64,000 bases of DNA, taken from IMG/VR virus record IMGVR_UViG_3300008050_000022, positions 1 to 64,000 of that record; one strand, written 5' to 3'. Below the pieces are notes generated by a model. The model had not been told where the DNA came from and did not search any database. It was given only the letters and a program-made list of their open reading frames with translations. Shown here one piece after another: positions 35,594-45,463 of this stretch. Each line of letters starts with the position of its first letter. The first letter of the stretch is position 1. This DNA comes from a virus. Both the position numbers and the translations under genes were made by a program.

Positions 35594-36930
35594 GCGACGA
35601 CGTACTGCAGTTCTGTCGTAGAGACCCGGGAGTCGCCTACCTGGACGCCGACCTCTGGTTGCCTCTCTCAGAGGTGCCAGTACGTGGAATCCAGCAGCGG
35701 CTCACCTTCACCATGTTCAGTGGGAGAAAGAGAGACATCCCCACCGACATCGAGATCTTCTCGATGGCGAAGCATCACATTCAGGTTCCTCGAAACCTGT
35801 TCACCCTCAAGTACGTAAGGCATGCGTACGGCATCGAGATCGTAGATCTCCGGCCTTCCTCTTACCCCCCCACAACAATCCTCCACTCCATCATCCCCAG
35901 AGACAACCAGACCGAGCCCCTGCGACTCATGGAGGAGCTGGGGGATGGGACGTTGAATCTAGCTTGCGGACTGGGGAAGACGGTGGTGGCGCTCTACCAC
36001 GCCGTGAGGCTAGGCGTCCCGACCCTGGTGATCTGCAACAACACGACCATCCTCGCCGGGTGGGAGAGGGAGATCATTGGAAAGCTGGACTTCGAGGGGA
36101 AAGTCGGCTGGGTCAAGCAGAACAAGTTCCCCGAGGACACTCCGATCTGCTTGGCCACGGTGCAGACCCTGGCGAGTAAGGCGGACGTGCTTCCCAGATC
36201 GTTCCTACGCCGGTGGGGCCTCGTCATCTTCGACGAGGGGCACCACATGTCGGCGAACTGGTTCTGCACGGTGGCCAACCTCTTCCCGGGGAAGCGGCTA
36301 GCCTTGACGGCTACCACGACCCGCAATGATGGGCTGGAAAAGGTCTACCAGTATCACCTGGGGAAGGTCTTCTACTCGGACCTGAGCCAGGATCTAGAGC
36401 CTGAGATCGAGTTCGTACACCTGCATGGACTCCGTCCAGCTAGGGAGTACTCGGAAGACGTGGCTCTGAAGAACTGGATCGCCAGGAACGCAGAGTTCAA
36501 CCAGGTCATCACTGAGGAAGTGAGGACGCTGCTTCAGGAAGGGCGGAGCATCCTCGCCCTGTCTCACCGGGTAGAGCAACTCGAGCTACTCCATCCGACG
36601 TTGCCTGGAAGCGGGCTGATTCACGGAGTGATCAAGGACTCCGCCAGGGAAGAAGCCTTGAGCGAAGCAAACCCCATTCTGGCGACCATGCAATTGGCGC
36701 AGGAAGGACTGGATAAGCCCTCACTGGACACCCTGCTCTGCCTGACGTTGTTCTCGAACGAGAATGCCTTCCAGCAGTGCGTGGGTAGAATTTTGAGGAC
36801 TTACGAGGACAAGAAACACCCACGAGCTCTGTTCTTCGTGCCGGATGTTCGTCGCTGCCAGAAGCAGGCTGCGAGGATCCGTCGGTTCGCGAAGATGCGG
36901 GGCTACAAGATCAAGGAGACGAGAAGATGA
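35590..36930 (+). CDS. Superfamily 2 DNA helicase (UvsW/XPB/A18-like)
   Basis: LACGLGKT, DEGH, LTAT, EGLD, QCVGRILR. Confidence 0.88.
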   Translation: MSDDVLQFCRRDPGVAYLDADLWLPLSEVPVRGIQQRLTFTMFSGRKRDIPTDIEIFSMAKHHIQVPRNLFTLKYVRHAYGIEIVDLRPSSYPPTTILHSIIPRDNQTEPLRLMEELGDGTLNLACGLGKTVVALYHAVRLGVPTLVICNNTTILAGWEREIIGKLDFEGKVGWVKQNKFPEDTPICLATVQTLASKADVLPRSFLRRWGLVIFDEGHHMSANWFCTVANLFPGKRLALTATTTRNDGLEKVYQYHLGKVFYSDLSQDLEPEIEFVHLHGLRPAREYSEDVALKNWIARNAEFNQVITEEVRTLLQEGRSILALSHRVEQLELLHPTLPGSGLIHGVIKDSAREEALSEANPILATMQLAQEGLDKPSLDTLLCLTLFSNENAFQQCVGRILRTYEDKKHPRALFFVPDVRRCQKQAARIRRFAKMRGYKIKETRR

Positions 36931-37322
36931 GCAAGCGAGAATCAAAGCAGGCGATCGTTGCTAGTGGGGGCTCCCACTACATCGGCGAGATCTGGAAGGG
37001 GTCTACCCCGACGGAAATCCGCGACGCCACCCCCATCTTTGGGGGTCATGTGTCTACCCAGGATGGCCGTGTGGCGTTGCAGGTGATGACCCCTCCCTAC
37101 GGGTGTGCCGAAGGGGTCATCAAGACCCTGCACCTGGGCTCCGTGGACAACTGGGTCTTCGTAGAGGAGTTGAGCACTTACGATCAGCAGACCGTCAAGG
37201 ACTTCCTGGAGAGGAGGGCTGTGGCCGACGATGCTCGTAGGGCATCCGAGGCAGGACTCGTGCTTCCCAGAGACATGTCTCCGGAAGACATGTCCAAGGT
37301 AGTCCGTGGGGCTCGTGGGTGA
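36927..37322 (+). CDS. Hypothetical protein
   Basis: 131 aa; ATGA and GTGA coupling. Confidence 0.65.
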   Translation: MSKRESKQAIVASGGSHYIGEIWKGSTPTEIRDATPIFGGHVSTQDGRVALQVMTPPYGCAEGVIKTLHLGSVDNWVFVEELSTYDQQTVKDFLERRAVADDARRASEAGLVLPRDMSPEDMSKVVRGARG

Positions 37323-38065
37323 AGTCCCTCGAGGTTCTGTACGAGACCTACGTCGAGGGTGAGTGCGATCTGTGTCCCAGACTAGTTGAGAGTCGGAGCT
37401 CCATCGTGTTCGGCGAGGGAGACACCGACGCTGACCTGGTGATCGTGGGAGAGGGTCCTGGAAGGATTGAGGATGAGATCTGTCGTACCTTTGCGGGTTC
37501 GGCAGGTCTCCTGCTCGACACCTTCCTGACCTACTTCGCAAGAGCCGATGAAGAATGGCTTCACGGCATGGGACGCAGGATGACCTCGGGCTACAAGCCC
37601 TCCGATGCAGAGTCAGACGAGATCAGGGACGCACTAGTGGCGTCCGAGAAGATCTTCTACCTCAATGCCGTCATGTGCCGGCCTCCCGAGAACGTGGATC
37701 CCACGGCAGCGGAGCTCCGAAACTGCGAAGAGCGGCTTCATCAGACGATCTACAACATCGATCCGCTTCTAGTCCTGGCTGTGGGCAAGGTCGCCTCCAA
37801 GGCGGTCCTTGGAAAGCAGCTTTCCATCACCAAGGACAGGGGACAGCTCTTCGACGTTGAAATCATGGGAGTGACCGGAGGCATCAGATACCCCCTACTG
37901 GTTACGCTCCATCCCGCCTACGTGGCGAGGGTGGGGAATTACACCAGTCCAACCAGTCCGGGCCAGAAGTTCGCTCAGGACATCGAGAAGGCGTTCGGCC
38001 TCCTGGACGAAGCCCGGCTTCTAACCAGGGATGAGCCCCTTCCCAAGAGGAGAAAATGGAAATGA
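37319..38065 (+). CDS. Uracil-DNA glycosylase family 4 (Fe-S type)
   Basis: CDLCPRL, VFGEG, GEGPG, NAVMCRPP, LHPAY. Confidence 0.9.
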   Translation: MKSLEVLYETYVEGECDLCPRLVESRSSIVFGEGDTDADLVIVGEGPGRIEDEICRTFAGSAGLLLDTFLTYFARADEEWLHGMGRRMTSGYKPSDAESDEIRDALVASEKIFYLNAVMCRPPENVDPTAAELRNCEERLHQTIYNIDPLLVLAVGKVASKAVLGKQLSITKDRGQLFDVEIMGVTGGIRYPLLVTLHPAYVARVGNYTSPTSPGQKFAQDIEKAFGLLDEARLLTRDEPLPKRRKWK

Positions 38066-38523
38066 GTGATGATCTAGGTCGAGTAGCGGAGTCGGCAATC
38101 GAGGCCTTTGAAGAGGCCGATGAGGACCTGAGAGAGATCTCCGCAGAGGTACGAGAATGCCTGGGGGAGGATCTGTGGAACGCCTGGATGGAGTCCATCG
38201 ATCTGCGTCGGAGGCGCTGCAAGGATGCCCAGATGGCTGTGCGAGCAGCTGGGGACTCCATGGGGCCCTTCACCGTGACGAAGAGAGGGAAGAACGTCTG
38301 GGACAACAGCCGAGCTGTTCAGCTCTCGAGCGACCGAGACGAGTGGGATGACCTCGTAGAAGGCGGCGTCATCAAGCAGTCCTTCGACCACAAGCGTGCC
38401 CAGGCTGTGCTCGATCCCGCCGTCTTCGCTATCTACAAGGACCGCTGCCACAAGTACGAGGCGGGAGCCAGCACGGCTGTCAGCGGCCCGAAGGTCGATG
38501 ACGATGTCTTCTCCCTCCTCTAG
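38056..38523 (+). CDS. Hypothetical protein
   Basis: 155 aa in operon, typical codon usage. Confidence 0.65.
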   Translation: MEMSDDLGRVAESAIEAFEEADEDLREISAEVRECLGEDLWNAWMESIDLRRRRCKDAQMAVRAAGDSMGPFTVTKRGKNVWDNSRAVQLSSDRDEWDDLVEGGVIKQSFDHKRAQAVLDPAVFAIYKDRCHKYEAGASTAVSGPKVDDDVFSLL

Positions 38524-38872
38524 CTACAGGTCTCCGTTAGTCAAAATCCAACTACGTCGTTGGGCTGTCGAGAAGGGTCTAGACCCTATCGAACAGGTCA
38601 GTGATGATGTTCAACCCTCGAGGAGCCAAATGGACACTGCGAAGAAATTGCTGGGGGCCGGAGATGCCCGAGTCAGCGCTGGGGTCGACCTGGCGCTGAA
38701 GGACTTCGGGGACGGGTACGGAGTACACGTCTCGGTGAGTCTGAGCTGCGACCAGAAGGACAAGGTGCTGGAAGATGCGATGGAACTGGCCAAGGAGATT
38801 GCTCATGGCACAGCGGAGATCCACCTGGAGGAGGCAGCAGCCCTCTTCGAGCACATGACGGCCAAGAAGTAG
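38498..38872 (+). CDS. Hypothetical protein
   Basis: Start at ATG 38498 or 38504; KDFGDGYGVHVSVSLSCDQ. Confidence 0.6.
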   Translation: MTMSSPSSSYRSPLVKIQLRRWAVEKGLDPIEQVSDDVQPSRSQMDTAKKLLGAGDARVSAGVDLALKDFGDGYGVHVSVSLSCDQKDKVLEDAMELAKEIAHGTAEIHLEEAAALFEHMTAKK

Positions 38873-39118
38873 ATGCCAATCTCGGTACAGGATCATGAGC
38901 TGTTCACCTCAGAGCTCCTGAACTTGACCGTTGACCGGACTCCGGGCGCTGATTTCTTCTCTCTAGAGATCAGCGTCCGGATCGTCAACAAATCCACCGG
39001 AGCCTCGGCGGTCATGAAACTTGTGGATCTCCCGACGGAGATCCAGGAGGATCTACGACTAGTGCTGGCAGGGATAGAACTCCACAGCGGATCGAGGTTC
39101 TTCGGTGATATCCAATAA
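38873..39118 (+). CDS. Hypothetical protein
   Basis: 81 aa abutting the previous stop. Confidence 0.55.
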   Translation: MPISVQDHELFTSELLNLTVDRTPGADFFSLEISVRIVNKSTGASAVMKLVDLPTEIQEDLRLVLAGIELHSGSRFFGDIQ

Positions 39119-39130
39119 CAGGAGGAGTAG

Positions 39131-40573
39131 ATGGGGCTGGAAGCCACGCTGATCAGTAACGTGCTCAAGCGGCACGAGTTCAAACCGCTGGTCAAGGCGG
39201 GTTTGACAGAGGAAGATTTCGAGACCCTCGAGGGCAAGGACTGGTTCCGGCATATCTCGAGGATCTACTTCTCTAGAACTACGTACGGGGAGGTTCCCTC
39301 CCTGGAGTCGTTCAAGAGGAAGTTCCGCAGTTTCGACTTCAGGCCGTCCAAGGACTCCTTGACCTCGCTGTGTCAGGAAATCATCAACCGCAACATGTCC
39401 AACGACGCCTCGCTTCTCTGCGAAGAGATGCTGGATGACCTGGACGCAGACGACCTCGACGACGCCATGTCCAAGGTAGCCGCCTTCCTGACCAGGTGGC
39501 AGACCCGGAAGGCGGAGGGCGGGGACATCGATCTATCTCAGAGCGTCAAGATGCTCCGGGAGCAATACGAGCGGGTAGCCAGTGCTGAAGGGATGCTCGG
39601 CATCCCTTGGCCTTGGGAGCCTGTGAACAGAGAGACCTTGGGGATGCAGTCCGGGCAGCTGGTCCTGCTGTATGGCAGACCGAAGCACATGAAGACGTGG
39701 GTGGCCCTGTACATCGCCATCAACGCCTATCTGTATCACCACGCGAGAGTCCTCTTCTACAGCCGAGAGATGAACAAGATGCAGCTTCTGCTGCGAGGTA
39801 CGTCGATCATCTGTGAGGTGGACTACGGGACGCTGAAACGGGGGGAGCTGCCTCCCTCCGTCAAGAAGGACGTCTTCGCCACCATGGAAGACCTGGCGGA
39901 GTCAGACGGTGACTTGAAGCGGGCAGACGGGCGCCGTAGCGCCTTCATCATCAGCAACGACCGGGGGCCCAACCACGGAGCCACCGTGCGAATGCTGGTG
40001 GAGAAAGCCAAGGAGGTGGATGCAGATCTGCTGGTAGTGGATGCGGTCTACAAGCTGGCTGACGGGAGAACGAAGAACAGGGACGCCAAGTGGACTACTC
40101 AGGTCAACATCATGCAGGACCTCAAGGATGCTGCTGTGGACCTGGAGATTCCGGTGATCGCTGTGACTCAGGCCAACCGGAAGGCAGCGAAGAGCGCGAA
40201 GAACGTGGACACGGATGAAGCAGCGTTCACGGACTCGGCCGGCATGGAGTGCGACTTCATGCTCAGGGTGATCAAGAGCAAGGACGCCGACACCGGTAAG
40301 TCCGAGCTCACCTTGTGCTGGCCTGCTGCTCGAGATGAGGAGCTTTACCCCATGCTGATCCACGGACAGCCAGGGAACAACTTCTCGGTCAAGCAGGAGC
40401 GTCTGACAGACGAGGACCTGGAGGACAGGGCCAAGGCAGCTGACGCTCAAGACGAGGAAGAGAACAAGAAGAACAAGCGGTCCTCTAGGGCCGGCCCTGG
40501 TAGGCGATCTGGTGGGGGCCGTGGAGCTCTCGCACAGGCAAGGACGGGGGCGAAGAGAAAGAAGAGTAAGTGA
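39131..40573 (+). CDS. Replicative DnaB-like (SF4) helicase
   Basis: GIPWPW..N..TLG, GRPKHMKT, FYSREM, VVDAVY, TQANR; SD AGGAGG. Confidence 0.85.
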   Translation: MGLEATLISNVLKRHEFKPLVKAGLTEEDFETLEGKDWFRHISRIYFSRTTYGEVPSLESFKRKFRSFDFRPSKDSLTSLCQEIINRNMSNDASLLCEEMLDDLDADDLDDAMSKVAAFLTRWQTRKAEGGDIDLSQSVKMLREQYERVASAEGMLGIPWPWEPVNRETLGMQSGQLVLLYGRPKHMKTWVALYIAINAYLYHHARVLFYSREMNKMQLLLRGTSIICEVDYGTLKRGELPPSVKKDVFATMEDLAESDGDLKRADGRRSAFIISNDRGPNHGATVRMLVEKAKEVDADLLVVDAVYKLADGRTKNRDAKWTTQVNIMQDLKDAAVDLEIPVIAVTQANRKAAKSAKNVDTDEAAFTDSAGMECDFMLRVIKSKDADTGKSELTLCWPAARDEELYPMLIHGQPGNNFSVKQERLTDEDLEDRAKAADAQDEEENKKNKRSSRAGPGRRSGGGRGALAQARTGAKRKKSK

Positions 40574-41556
40574 ATGTAGCGACCTTCGTTCAGCAGGTCG
40601 TAGATAAGCACATAGACGGCGCGAGGTTGGTGGGGGATGGGGAGTTCGCAGCTCCCTGTCCATTCCACCAAGACTCGTCGCCGTCTTTCTTCATCAACCG
40701 AAAGACCGGTCTCTGGATCTGCCACGCAGGGTGCGGCAGCGGGTCCTTGCCGTACTTGCTTCGCAAGCTCGGGTACGGACGAGGTCAGGTTGATAAGGCC
40801 CTAGCTCCCATAGCCGACGATCTGAAGTCGAAGAAGGAGGCGAGGCCACGTCTACGATCCCCCCTCAACCCGTTCATAGCCGCACACCCACTGCCCGAGG
40901 CACACCTCGGAGCCTACGACGTCAAGCAGCCTGTAGAGGAGTTGGTCAGGAAGGGGTTCGACCCCACGATCCTGACTGACTACGACGTAGGTTTCGACCG
41001 AGTCAACAAACGCATCACGTTCCCGGTGCGTGATCTGTACGGGAATCTATCTGGCATAAGTGGCAGGGCCACACTTCGTGGTCAGAAACCCAAATACAAG
41101 TTCTACGCATCCGAACTAGAGGAGGTCTATCCGGGCTACACGTTTGAGCGTCAGAGGCATCTTTGGAATGCCGATCGAATCTACCCCACCTTGTACTTTG
41201 CAGACGCGCCAGAAGAAGAAGAAATCCTTGTAGTAGAGGGATTCAAAGCGTGTCTGTGGCTGCTACAATGTGGCTTCAGTAATGCGGTGGCGACATTGGG
41301 ATCCTCCCTGTCGCGCACCCAGGCAGCGCTACTCCACAGGATGGGCTGCCGCATAACCCTGTTCATGGACAACGACCGTCCTGGTCGTGAGAAGACTCAA
41401 CACGCATTGAAGCAACTCTGGGGTGCGATCTCCGACATACGGGAGGTTGAATACCCGTACGACGCCTTCGCGCAACCAGACGACTTCGATGAAGAAGAGC
41501 TCCAAGAACTGATCGAAAATGCCGTGCCAATCATTCCACGGCGCAGGAGAGACTAG
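40570..41556 (+). CDS. DnaG-like primase (Zn finger + TOPRIM)
   Basis: CPFHQD..PSF...CHAGC, RITFPV, VVEG, MDNDRPG. Confidence 0.9.
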   Translation: MNVATFVQQVVDKHIDGARLVGDGEFAAPCPFHQDSSPSFFINRKTGLWICHAGCGSGSLPYLLRKLGYGRGQVDKALAPIADDLKSKKEARPRLRSPLNPFIAAHPLPEAHLGAYDVKQPVEELVRKGFDPTILTDYDVGFDRVNKRITFPVRDLYGNLSGISGRATLRGQKPKYKFYASELEEVYPGYTFERQRHLWNADRIYPTLYFADAPEEEEILVVEGFKACLWLLQCGFSNAVATLGSSLSRTQAALLHRMGCRITLFMDNDRPGREKTQHALKQLWGAISDIREVEYPYDAFAQPDDFDEEELQELIENAVPIIPRRRRD

Positions 41557-42839
41557 TGGCTACGTTCCGCTCCAGAAACAGAAGAAACGAGAGCAACCGA
41601 AACCGTCGTCGGAATCGCGGTCCCACCGCGTTCTGGTCTGACGAGATCAAGATCCCCAAGAAGTCCCAGAAGGCGGATGGTGACCCCATCCTCTTCCTGG
41701 AGGCCAAGTACCCCAACCCCAAGGCCGACGGCTACCTGGAAGACGACTACCCCGCGTACATCTTCCTCCAGGGCAAGGTCGTGATCCGTGACAAGGCTGG
41801 CAAGTTCAAGAGCATGCGCTCGGACTGCCTCCCCGGGTGGCGTCGCCCCTGCGACGAGTACCCCTCGGACGATCCCCGTGTGTACGACTCCCGATCCGAT
41901 CGGCCGTTCACCATCTGGGATCACCTCAAGGCCCAGGGCGACCCCCGAGTCGGCAAGGCCGAGCAGTACGCTCTGAACGCCCTCGATCTCCGTATGCAGC
42001 ACCTGGTCGAGAAGACCGACCGGGACGGCAGGGTGATCAAGTACAGCAAGGGTGACCGCGCTGGTGAGGCCGTGATGGAGCGCCGTGCCTGCGAGGGCAA
42101 GGGCTGCGAGCACTGCGACGATGGCCTGGACCAGGTGGTGGCTCGCAAGGGCTACATGCAGCTGGGCTCGGGTCACTACGGAGAGCACGGAATCCTCGGT
42201 CTCGAGCAGACCATCGAGGACAACTGCCGATCCTGCCAGGAAGGCGAGATCACCCGAGTCGCCCTGACGTGCCCCGAGTGCGGGGAGGTCTGCGCCGACA
42301 GCCAGGTCTTCGACGCCGATGACCTGGAGGGGCTCTACAACGAGGGCATGAACTGCTCGGAGTGCAAGGCCAAGGGGATCTTCCCCATGGAGGAGCTCGA
42401 GTGCTCCGAGTGCAAGCAGCCGGCTCGTGCCGGGCTCTCCGACGTCGTGTGGTTCCTCCGCAAGACGGGAGAGGGCAAGGACAGCAAGGTGTCCGCGTAT
42501 CGGAAGAAGGAGCAGCCCTGGTGCTGGCTCAAGGACTTCGACATGTCGGGCGACGATGACTTCGTGGCCGAGGACTACGAGATCGAGGAGACGGACGACG
42601 GCAAGTTCGCCATCAAGTACGAGTTCCACAAGGACCTCCAGGACATGCTGAAGCCCTACGACTTCAACGCGGTCAAGGGGATCGGAGTCCCGAAGCTGTC
42701 GGCCGCCAAGGTCTGCGACTTCCTCGGGATGACGGTTCCGGACGGCGTTGACCCCGGTGACGACGATCCAGCCCCCTCCAGCGGTGGAGGTGGCTCTACC
42801 CGCAGCTCCTCCCGCCGTCGCGGTGGGGCTCGCAGGTAG
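41556..42839 (+). CDS. Putative single-stranded DNA-binding protein with multiple Zn ribbons
   Basis: Between primase and polymerase; very high GC3 bias; CEGKGCEHC, CRSC, CPEC, two CSEC; RKTGEGKDSK turn; acidic C-terminal region. Confidence 0.5.
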   Translation: MATFRSRNRRNESNRNRRRNRGPTAFWSDEIKIPKKSQKADGDPILFLEAKYPNPKADGYLEDDYPAYIFLQGKVVIRDKAGKFKSMRSDCLPGWRRPCDEYPSDDPRVYDSRSDRPFTIWDHLKAQGDPRVGKAEQYALNALDLRMQHLVEKTDRDGRVIKYSKGDRAGEAVMERRACEGKGCEHCDDGLDQVVARKGYMQLGSGHYGEHGILGLEQTIEDNCRSCQEGEITRVALTCPECGEVCADSQVFDADDLEGLYNEGMNCSECKAKGIFPMEELECSECKQPARAGLSDVVWFLRKTGEGKDSKVSAYRKKEQPWCWLKDFDMSGDDDFVAEDYEIEETDDGKFAIKYEFHKDLQDMLKPYDFNAVKGIGVPKLSAAKVCDFLGMTVPDGVDPGDDDPAPSSGGGGSTRSSSRRRGGARR

Positions 42840-42850
42840 CAACCCCTAAG

Positions 42851-42880
42851 GAGGGGAGGGGCCTTCGGGCCCCTCCCCTC
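42851..42880 (+). promoter_or_regulatory. C(UUCG)G hairpin directly upstream of the polymerase RBS
   Basis: GAGGGGAGGGGCC-TTCG-GGCCCCTCCCCTC then GGAGGCGTAATG. Confidence 0.7.
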
Positions 42881-42889
42881 GGAGGCGTA

Positions 42890-44917
42890 ATGCTTAGACC
42901 TGTAGCCGAGTTCATCGACTCGGAGAAGAAAGCCAAAGACGTCCTGCGCTACGTGATGAAGCACACGGACGTGGGCGTGGACACGGAGACCACCGGTCTC
43001 AACATCTCCCGGGACTACGTTCTGTTCTGGGGACTGGCGACTGAAGATCGCCGCTTCTGTATCACCGACGACGTGCTCCCGATCTTCGAGCCCTTCTTCG
43101 TAGACAAGAAGATCGACAAGCACTTCACCAACGCCAAGTACGACCTGCACATCCTGGCGAACTCTGGCATCCCAACTGTCAACGGCCACATCATCTGCAC
43201 TCGTACCCTGGACTGGCTCCTGGACGAGAACCGCAGAGGCATGCACGGCCTCAAGGAGTGTGTCTGGGATCACCTAGGTGACCGGATGCTCAAGTTCGAC
43301 GAGGTCTTCGGCAAGAAGATGTCCGCCGAGAAGCAGCCTCGCTTCCTCCTGGACGTGTTGAACGACGTAGACGGAGGCGGACGAGAGAAGGCAGTAGAGT
43401 ACGCCTCCAGAGATCCGTGGGAGTCCCTACGACTGTCCCTGTACCTCCAGGAGGCGCTGGATGAGGTTCCTATGGGTGAGGAGGGCAGCTACACGCTGCT
43501 CGACCACTTCTGGGACGTGGAGGAGCCGTTTACCAGAGTCCTGTACCGCATGGAGCGGAGGGGAGTCATGGTGGACACCGGCTACCTGGATGAAATCTCC
43601 CCCGGCATCGCTAAGAGGGTCGAGGAGATCGAACGATCCTTCAACGCCGCCGCTGGGAAGCCCGTCAACATCCGCAGCTCCAAGCAGCTTGCAGCCCTCT
43701 TCTTCGACGAGCTCGGCGTGCGTCCCACCAAGTGGGGCAAGCCCAGCAAGGTGACGGGCCTGAAGAACCCGTCCTGTGACAAGGAGGTAGTGGAGGCCTG
43801 GCGGGGAGGAGACATCGCCTTCTGGGACGGGGATGAGGACGTACCTCCAGAGGACTGTGAGGAAGAGCGGGAGATGGTGCAGGAGCTCGCACAGTCGTTG
43901 GGGGATCATCGCAAGCTGGCGAAGTTCCTCAGCACCTACGTCTATGGGCTGGCGAAGTGGACTGACTCGAACTTCAGAGTCCATCCGACCTTGAACCAGA
44001 GTGTGACCGTCACTGGTCGCTTGTCCTGCGGCGATCCCAACCTGCAGAACATCCCCCGGAAGGAGAACGACGTGTTCAAAATCCGGGATGCCTTCATCGC
44101 TGACGGGGGGAACATCCTCTACGTGGCGGACTATGCCCAGCTCGAGATGCGCCTCATGGCTCACTTCAGCAGGGACGCCAACATGATCAAGTCCATCCTG
44201 GACGGCACGGACCTTCACGGGTTCACGGTGTCCGAGATGAACATGGGCTTCTCCTATGCGGACGTGGTCTCGGCAAGGAAGGTGAAGGACTCTGGGGGCA
44301 AGTTGACTCCTCACCAGGCAGACGCTCTCCGAACTCGTAGTGCGGCCAAGGCCGTTGGCTTCGGCTTGATCTACGGGATCGGTGAGGTGAAGCTGGGGAT
44401 GCAGCTGGGTCTGCCGATCATCATGCGGCAGGGACGTAACGGAAAACTGCGTCCCAGCTGCCCTGAGGCGGCGAAGATCACGAAAGCGTACTTCGGAGTG
44501 TTCCCAGGTGTGCAGGACTTCATCAAGGACACGCACAGGGCGTGTAGAGACATGGAGTACGTGCAGACCTACTTGGGGCGCTACCGTCGGCTGCCGACGA
44601 TCAACTCGGGTAACAGGATGCTGGCCTCTCAGGCTCGGCGACAGAGTGTGAACTCGATCATTCAGGGATCGGCCGCTGATGTGGCCCGACTTGCGATGAT
44701 CAAGTGTGAGTTTGATCCCGACCTCGAAGCTGCCGGAGTAAGGCAGCTGCTGCAGGTCCATGACGAGCTCATCTTCGAGATGCCAGATCACAAGGACATC
44801 CGCAGGGATGTTCAGGAGAGAATCCAGGGGCACATGGAGCACCCCTTTGAAGAGCCTCTACTAGTTCCACTCCCTGCAGACGGTGCGTTTGCTGTGGCGT
44901 GGGGAAATGCACATTAG
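42890..44917 (+). CDS. polA: Family A DNA polymerase (3'-5' exo + pol, no 5' nuclease)
   Basis: DTETTG, NAKYD, TGRLS..PNLQNIP, DYAQLEMR, RSAAKAVGFGLIYG, QVHDE. Confidence 0.95.
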   Translation: MLRPVAEFIDSEKKAKDVLRYVMKHTDVGVDTETTGLNISRDYVLFWGLATEDRRFCITDDVLPIFEPFFVDKKIDKHFTNAKYDLHILANSGIPTVNGHIICTRTLDWLLDENRRGMHGLKECVWDHLGDRMLKFDEVFGKKMSAEKQPRFLLDVLNDVDGGGREKAVEYASRDPWESLRLSLYLQEALDEVPMGEEGSYTLLDHFWDVEEPFTRVLYRMERRGVMVDTGYLDEISPGIAKRVEEIERSFNAAAGKPVNIRSSKQLAALFFDELGVRPTKWGKPSKVTGLKNPSCDKEVVEAWRGGDIAFWDGDEDVPPEDCEEEREMVQELAQSLGDHRKLAKFLSTYVYGLAKWTDSNFRVHPTLNQSVTVTGRLSCGDPNLQNIPRKENDVFKIRDAFIADGGNILYVADYAQLEMRLMAHFSRDANMIKSILDGTDLHGFTVSEMNMGFSYADVVSARKVKDSGGKLTPHQADALRTRSAAKAVGFGLIYGIGEVKLGMQLGLPIIMRQGRNGKLRPSCPEAAKITKAYFGVFPGVQDFIKDTHRACRDMEYVQTYLGRYRRLPTINSGNRMLASQARRQSVNSIIQGSAADVARLAMIKCEFDPDLEAAGVRQLLQVHDELIFEMPDHKDIRRDVQERIQGHMEHPFEEPLLVPLPADGAFAVAWGNAH

Positions 44918-44929
44918 TCTATTTCCCCC

Positions 44930-45463
44930 ATGGGGGAAGACGGAGCCGTACCCATGGACGACCTAAAGACAGATAAGCAGGTGGTGGCTCTCATCGACGA
45001 GATCAAACACCGCCTCAAGGCAGGACAGCCTTACTCCCTACTGCGATCAGACTTCTGCATCGCCTTGAACCAGCTCATCGAGAAGCATGGACTGGACTGG
45101 GATCCCCACAGCTACGCCCGCCTACCAGAGAAGCCTCTCATCAAGTGGCAGTCCTGGGAGTACGTAGGGATCGAGGTATTCCTGTGGGTCGATGACCTGC
45201 CTGAACACGTCAACCCTCTCACGGACCTGCCGACCATCAAGGAGAGGGACGGCATCAAGGAGGGGGATCTGCTCATCGTGGGTAGCGTTTTCGGCTGGAC
45301 AAAGGCTCGAGCAGGAGCGGTGTTGGCTGACGGGAGCATCAACGCCAAGAGCACCGCAGGATCCATGTTGTGCTTCCTGGAGTTCGCCAAGGACGACAGG
45401 AAGTGCTGGATCTGTAGCGGTTCAGGCAACCTGGCCGCCATCAAGAAGCTGGAGCTGAAGTGA
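44930..45463 (+). CDS. Hypothetical protein
   Basis: 177 aa (alternative ATG about 44953 has a GGAG SD). Confidence 0.6.
   Translation: MGEDGAVPMDDLKTDKQVVALIDEIKHRLKAGQPYSLLRSDFCIALNQLIEKHGLDWDPHSYARLPEKPLIKWQSWEYVGIEVFLWVDDLPEHVNPLTDLPTIKERDGIKEGDLLIVGSVFGWTKARAGAVLADGSINAKSTAGSMLCFLEFAKDDRKCWICSGSGNLAAIKKLELK

Noticed and set aside
35590-36930. Eukaryotic giant-virus origin suggested by the A18-like helicase, ATAAG motif and NLS-like tails
   Set aside because: Shine-Dalgarno sites, coupled operons, DnaB/DnaG/PolA/HU and tail genes indicate a bacteriophage
42890-44917. Intein or intron in polymerase, RecA, helicase or terminase
   Set aside because: ORFs are continuous and normal-sized, with no C...HN splice motifs or homing endonuclease seen
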